From contig RSEE01000136.1 in assembly GCA_003971905.1 (NCBI GenBank), positions 1-64,000 of the forward strand: a DNA stretch of 64,000 bases. Reading direction: 5' to 3'. This DNA is from Moniliella sp. 'wahieum' (taxonomy: Eukaryota). Made by a program: the position numbers and the translations under genes. Positions 58,890-64,000 of the stretch are shown piece after piece (the first letter of the stretch is position 1; each line of letters begins with the position of its first letter). Under the pieces are notes generated by a model, which did no database searches, was not told the DNA's origin, and worked only from the letters and a program-made list of their open reading frames with translations.

Positions 58890-61800
58890 TATGTCCAGCT
58901 TGCACCTCTCCCCCCTACCTCCCGTCTCTGACCTCAGCTCGAATCCTACAGGCAATGATTCCACCTCCAGGCCGCCTAGCCCTGCTTTCCCTTTGACCGG
59001 TGCGATTGTACCCCCGACGCCTCCATCCATGTATGCAATGCTTCTTCCCTCCCACCGGACCAGGACTGGACCATGCCCCCAACACCACCTCCGATGATGG
59101 AAGTACGCGATGGTCCTGCTGCTGCTACGGTGCGGCACAGTGTTCCACCTTGGTCGAGTCCAAGTGACGAAGGTGCGAACAAGGCCATCCGTCGGATGGA
59201 TCGGGGTGTGTCTCCGCCTCCCCCTCCCGCATATTCCCAGGCCACGGCCGCGTCCCATAGGACTGTGGGGCGGAGCGAGACATCTCCCTCTCCCCCTCGT
59301 CCCCGCATTCGTCGGGTCGTGATTTACCGTCTTCCACCGCGACGGACGGGCCCTACCCCTCGGCCCGTGGGGCCAATTGTTTCTCTGACCCCTCGCGCGC
59401 TTAGTCCAACCGTGTCCCCTACACTTTCGTCCGTCATGCGAGCGAGTCTCTCTCACCTCGTCTGATCGGTGGAAATGCGGCTCCAGCCCCGTGGCCGGAG
59501 GAGCGGAGTGAGTCTCCTCACCCTCCCGCACGCAGTCGGAGCGTGTCCCCTATGCTTTGCCCCCCCTTGGCTCTCACACCTCGTTGGGGTACTCCAAGCC
59601 CGACCCCTTCCCCTCTTGTGACGGATGAAAGTGGTCCTCTTGGCTCAAATGACCCAAGTGCGGCCCTTTCTCCTCGTCCGTCGGATGCGAGCCGGTCGCC
59701 TTCACCTGTCCCACGTGGCAGGAGCCTGGTTCGTACACCTCGTCGGAGGGTGAATTCGAGTGGGTCAACCACCCCTCGTCCGTACAGGAGCGCCGCCCCG
59801 TCCCCTGGTTCGCGTGGTCGGAGCATGCCCTCCTCCCCTCGCTCTTTGGATTCGAGTGTGTTTTCACCTCGTCCATACGATCGGAGTGCTGCCCCGTCCC
59901 CGCGTCTGGAGAGTCCCGCTCGCTCACCTTCTCCTGGTCTGTTTGGCCGGGCCCTGGCCCCCTCCCCTCGTTCCGTGGATTCGAGGGTGTGTTCACCTCG
60001 TCCATACGATCGGAGTGCTGCCCCGTCCCGTCGCGTCTGGAGAGTCCGAACGGATCAATTCACCTGGTCTGTTTGGCCGGAGCATGGCCCCCTGCCCTCG
60101 TTCCGTGGATTCGAGAGTGTTTTCACCTCGTCCGACGAGTCCGACCGGTCAACTTCACCTGTCTCCCTGACCAGCAGGTGGAGCCTGCCCCCTACTACTA
60201 CGGCTCTGGGCGTACAGAGTGCCGAACGCTCTCCAGATGGCCCCCTAGCGAATGAGGTAGACCGATTGTCCGTGCTGAAGACGCAATTGCCAAAGGGGCC
60301 CTCCTACCCCAACCCATCCTGGACCAGGAGTCAATTGCGGTCGCGGATGCAACTGCTGGTGCTCCTGCCGCCACAGTCGTTCCGGAACCAGCATTCGTCC
60401 CACCCGAGCTTGATGTCGCCCCGGACCACAGCGTCCCCGCGCACAACACTTTCGTTCCGGAGCCAATGTGGTCCTCAGAGGCTGGCGCGGTACCAGACCC
60501 CTCCACAATGATGCCTCCTTCCCAGCCATCTCGAGGCCAAGCTGCGTACAGCCATCGCGATTGGCATCCAGGAGGGAATCAAGGCGGGAATTACAGCTGT
60601 CCTAACGGAAGCGTACATGCTGGAGTGATTGAGGGGATCCAAATCGGTTTCACCTCTGCTTCCGAGTTCACCAACAACCAGGAGGCTGCCCACATTCCAC
60701 CAACAGACGAGCTCACCAACCTGCAACCTCCCGTCATTCCCGACGGTGAGATTGGGGCCCTAGCCCAAGTTGATGGCGAACAAGAACAAACGGTCAACAC
60801 CTCCAGTCTCTTCGAGGAGGCGCCAAAGCTGGGGTTGAGTTCGTGCACCAACCGGATGTCAAATCTCTCGCTGAGCCAACCGTCGAGCATCCTCCTGTCA
60901 CTCCCGACGCAGAGTTGATTCCTACCCATCAAGATGCTGTTGATCAAGGGCTGGTAACGGTAAATGCCTCCTTGCCGGTGGAGGAGTGTGCCACCACGGA
61001 AATTGGGGTCGCTCACGAATCGGAAGCCAACATCGCTCTCGCTGAGCCATCCAGCCAGCAGCTTCCTGTCATCCCTGACGGAGGGAACTTGACCCTCCCC
61101 CAAGATGATGGTAACAAGCACTAGCGATTGCAAATGCTTCTAGCAACGTCGGGGAGTCCGCCGCCGCCGACCCTGAGCTCGCCCACCACCATGATGCCAG
61201 CATCGGTCCCAGTGAGCCAGCCATCGAGCAGCCTCCTGTCATCCGTGACCCCATCAGGTACGTCTTGATTTCCCGTCACGATGCTGGTGAACAAGGACTA
61301 CTGTATCTACCTCAAGTGCTTTCCTGTATGGCACCGCCGCTGAATTTGAGCTTGCCCTGCAACGGATGCCAACGCGCCATCTCCAAGCGACCTCATCCAG
61401 AAGCCTCCCGTCATCCCCGACGGTGAGATCGTTGCTCCGCCTCAAGTTGATGACGAACAAGCTCAAACAGTCAACCCCTTCGGTCTCTTCGAGAGGGTGT
61501 CAACGCTGGGGTTGAGTTGGGGCACCAAGCGACGGATTTCAACATCGCTCTCGCTGATCCAACCGTCGAGCAGCCTTTTATCATCCCCGACGAAGGGTTC
61601 GTTCCCTTCTCCCAAGATGAATTTGAACAAGCGCTGGAAAGTCTAAATGCCCTCTTCCCCGTCGAGGAGTGTACCACCACTGGAGTTGAGCTCGCCCACG
61701 AATCGGATGTCAACATCGCTCTCTCTGAGCCAGCCATCCAGCAGCCTCCTGTCATTGACGACCCCATCAGGTACGTCCCGATTTCCCCCCACGATGCTGG

Positions 61801-64000
61801 CGAACAAAGACTAACTCTATTTTCCTCAAGTGCTTTCCTGTATGGCACCACCTCTGAATGTGAGCTTGCCCTCCAACAGGATGCCAGCCCGTCCTCTCCA
61901 AGCGACCCCATCCAGCAGCTTCCCGTTATCCCCGAGGAAGAGGTCGTGGATCCGCCCCAAGTTGATGGTGAACAAGCGCAAACAGTCAACCCCATCAGTC
62001 TCTTAGAGGAGGGTGTCAACGCTGAAGTTGGGCTCGTACACCAACCTGATGTCAACACCGCTTCCACTGAGCCAACGGTCGAACAGCCTTCTGCCACTCC
62101 CGATGGAGAGTTGATTCCTAGTAGCCAGAAAGATGGTGTTGAACAAGCGCCGGTGACTTCAAATTCCCTCAGCCCTACCAAGGAGTGCGCCGAATCGGAA
62201 GAAGAGCTCGCCCACCACCACGATGCCAGCATCGCTCCCACTGAACCAGCCATCGAGCAGTCTCTGGTTATCCCCGACGGAGGGAACGTGTCCCTATCCC
62301 AAGATGATGGTGAGCAAGCGCCGGTGACCGTAATCACCCCCAGCCCCATCGAGGAGTGCGCCACCGCTGAAATTGAGCTCGTGCAACGCCTATCGGATCT
62401 CAAGCTTGCTTCCACGGAGCCCCCTGTCGAGCAGCCTCTTTTCTTCCCTGACGTCGACCCCACGGATCCAACTGTCGAGCTGCCTTTTCTTTTCTTCCCT
62501 GACGTCGATTCCACGGAGCCAACTGTTGAGCTGCCTCTTTTTTCTTCCCTCCCGCCAGGTACGTCCCGATTTCCCCCCAAGATGATGATGAACAAAAGCA
62601 CTAACTATATCTTCTGCCTACAGTCCCATCGAGGAGTGGGCCACCACGGAAGTTGAGTTTGCCAACCACCAGAATGCCAGCACCGCTCTCGCTCAGCCAA
62701 CCATCAACTGGCAGCCTCCTGTCATCCCCAACGAAGGGTTCGTTCCTAACCCCAAGATGATGGCGAGCAAGTGCTAGCAACTGCGAATGCCTTCGTTCCC
62801 CTCGAGGACCGCGATGAAGAAATGGGCTGCGAACCTGAAGAGGCGGATGATAACGATGAGCCAATGAGCTGCGAATCACCTTCTGTCGAGGAAAATCGCG
62901 ATGAGCCAATCGTGTGCGATACACCTTCAGAAGTGCCAACCGCAGGGGTTTACCGCCCCATCTCAAGATGTCGAGATAGGGGTGGTTACTGCCCCAACCC
63001 AAGATGTCGAGATGGTGGCTGATGTTGACGGTGTCAGTCATGCTCCGATGGCATTTTCAGCAGCCCGTACGCTGGTCAGGAGAAACAGGGGTCATGGGCA
63101 TCAGCCGTGGCACAGCTTAATCCGGACCAACAACGTTCCGCCACCGAATTCTTTGCGTCTTTCAGTGGTGGGGCCGCTCAGACCGCTTCTGGTGGCACGG
63201 CATTCGCGCTCACTGGTCCATTTCAGCATCCAACTAATACTTGCATTGTGCCAAAAACACCTGACCCACCTACGCTACTTCCCAACGGATGGGGATCCAA
63301 TGCTACTGTTCCTTCGCACTCTTCGTGGGCGCCAATCCAGGTGACTCCTTCGCGAGCCAACAGCCAAACACAACGCACGCGCCGCCCTCTGCATTCGGGG
63401 TTCTTGCCGGAGTACGACGCAGCAACATCATTCGTCTGGCACTATTTTCCAGCCTGCTCAGGGCCGTCCGGGTCCCACCAATGGGTTTGCGAGTTACGCT
63501 ACTGGCCCATTCAAGACTGGTTGGACCACAACCAACCAAAACCAGCCAGTTTCCCAGCAGTTTCCCTCTGCCTATGTCCCACCCGACAACGACGATTCAG
63601 GTGGCAATGCACCCGTTTGGGATCACACCCCGGCTCAGCCTACTGTTCAGCCTATGGAGGTTCAACCAATGGATCAGCCGATGGATCAGCCTATGGCTCA
63701 GCATATGGCTCAGCCGATGGTTCGGCCAATGGCCCCGCCGATGGATCAACCCATGACTCGGTCAATGGCCCAGCCTATTCCTCAGCGCCCATATGTTGTG
63801 AGCAAAGAACCAGTGGGAACCTCCACAGCCGCCCCGTTGAAGTCCGCTTTCACTTCGGAAGCATTTGCTTCTAGGCAGCCACCCCCAAGTGGCAATACAG
63901 TGCAAGGTTCCCATGGCCAAAATGTTGCCTATACTGGTGTCGGAACAACGGTTACGGATGGGCCAGCACAGGCGGTCCAACCTCCGAAAATCATCTGCAG
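58890..64000 (+). CDS. Long low-complexity repetitive protein (Ser/Pro/Arg region, acidic ~57-aa repeats, M-x-Q-P repeats); fragmented by frameshifts, may run off the window
   Basis: Chain of overlapping plus-strand ORFs (59543-60511, 60466-60918, 60843-61124, 61517-62656, 62771-63022, 63107-63874) sharing repeat units. Start codon uncertain. Confidence 0.55.
60700..62790 (+). repeat. Coding tandem repeat, ~170-175 bp unit, about 12 copies
   Basis: Recurring GAGCTCGCCCAC...CATCGCTCTC...GAGCCA...CAGCCTCCTGTCATCCCCGACG...CCCAAGATGATGGTGAACAAG, encoding ELAH..D.NIA..EP..EQPPVIPDG....SQDDGEQA. Confidence 0.88.

Overview
GC-rich eukaryotic genomic DNA from a fungus, most likely a basidiomycete or other divergent Dikarya lineage (inferred from the 5S/5.8S sequence type, GT-AG introns and fungal gene families). 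The first ~9 kb is non-coding and repeat-rich, including a ~1.04-kb direct repeat pair. A single rDNA unit follows: 5S (9487-9604), an intergenic spacer with subrepeats, 18S, very short ITS1 and ITS2, 5.8S, and a 28S that stops abruptly at ~18.4 kb, followed by a degenerate second 5S/spacer copy. Recognisable protein genes are a secreted PEBP-family protein, an ENTH-domain epsin, a DUF2235/Tle1-like hydrolase, a zf-4CXXC_R1 + WHIM/WSD chromatin protein, a large START-domain protein, a GH79 glycoside hydrolase and a long internally repetitive acidic/Pro-Ser-rich protein. Frequent 1-2 bp indels, also at invariant rRNA positions, suggest an imperfectly polished assembly, so CDS limits are approximate. 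The most unusual signal is a shared grammar in intergenic DNA: tandem 7-bp units made of a palindromic hexamer A-x-y-y'-x'-T joined by G or C (TGA-N4-TGA / TCA-N4-TCA). 14 of the 16 possible hexamers were seen, clustered upstream of genes. The 18S also carries paired substitutions in the decoding helix and mismatches to standard ITS primers.
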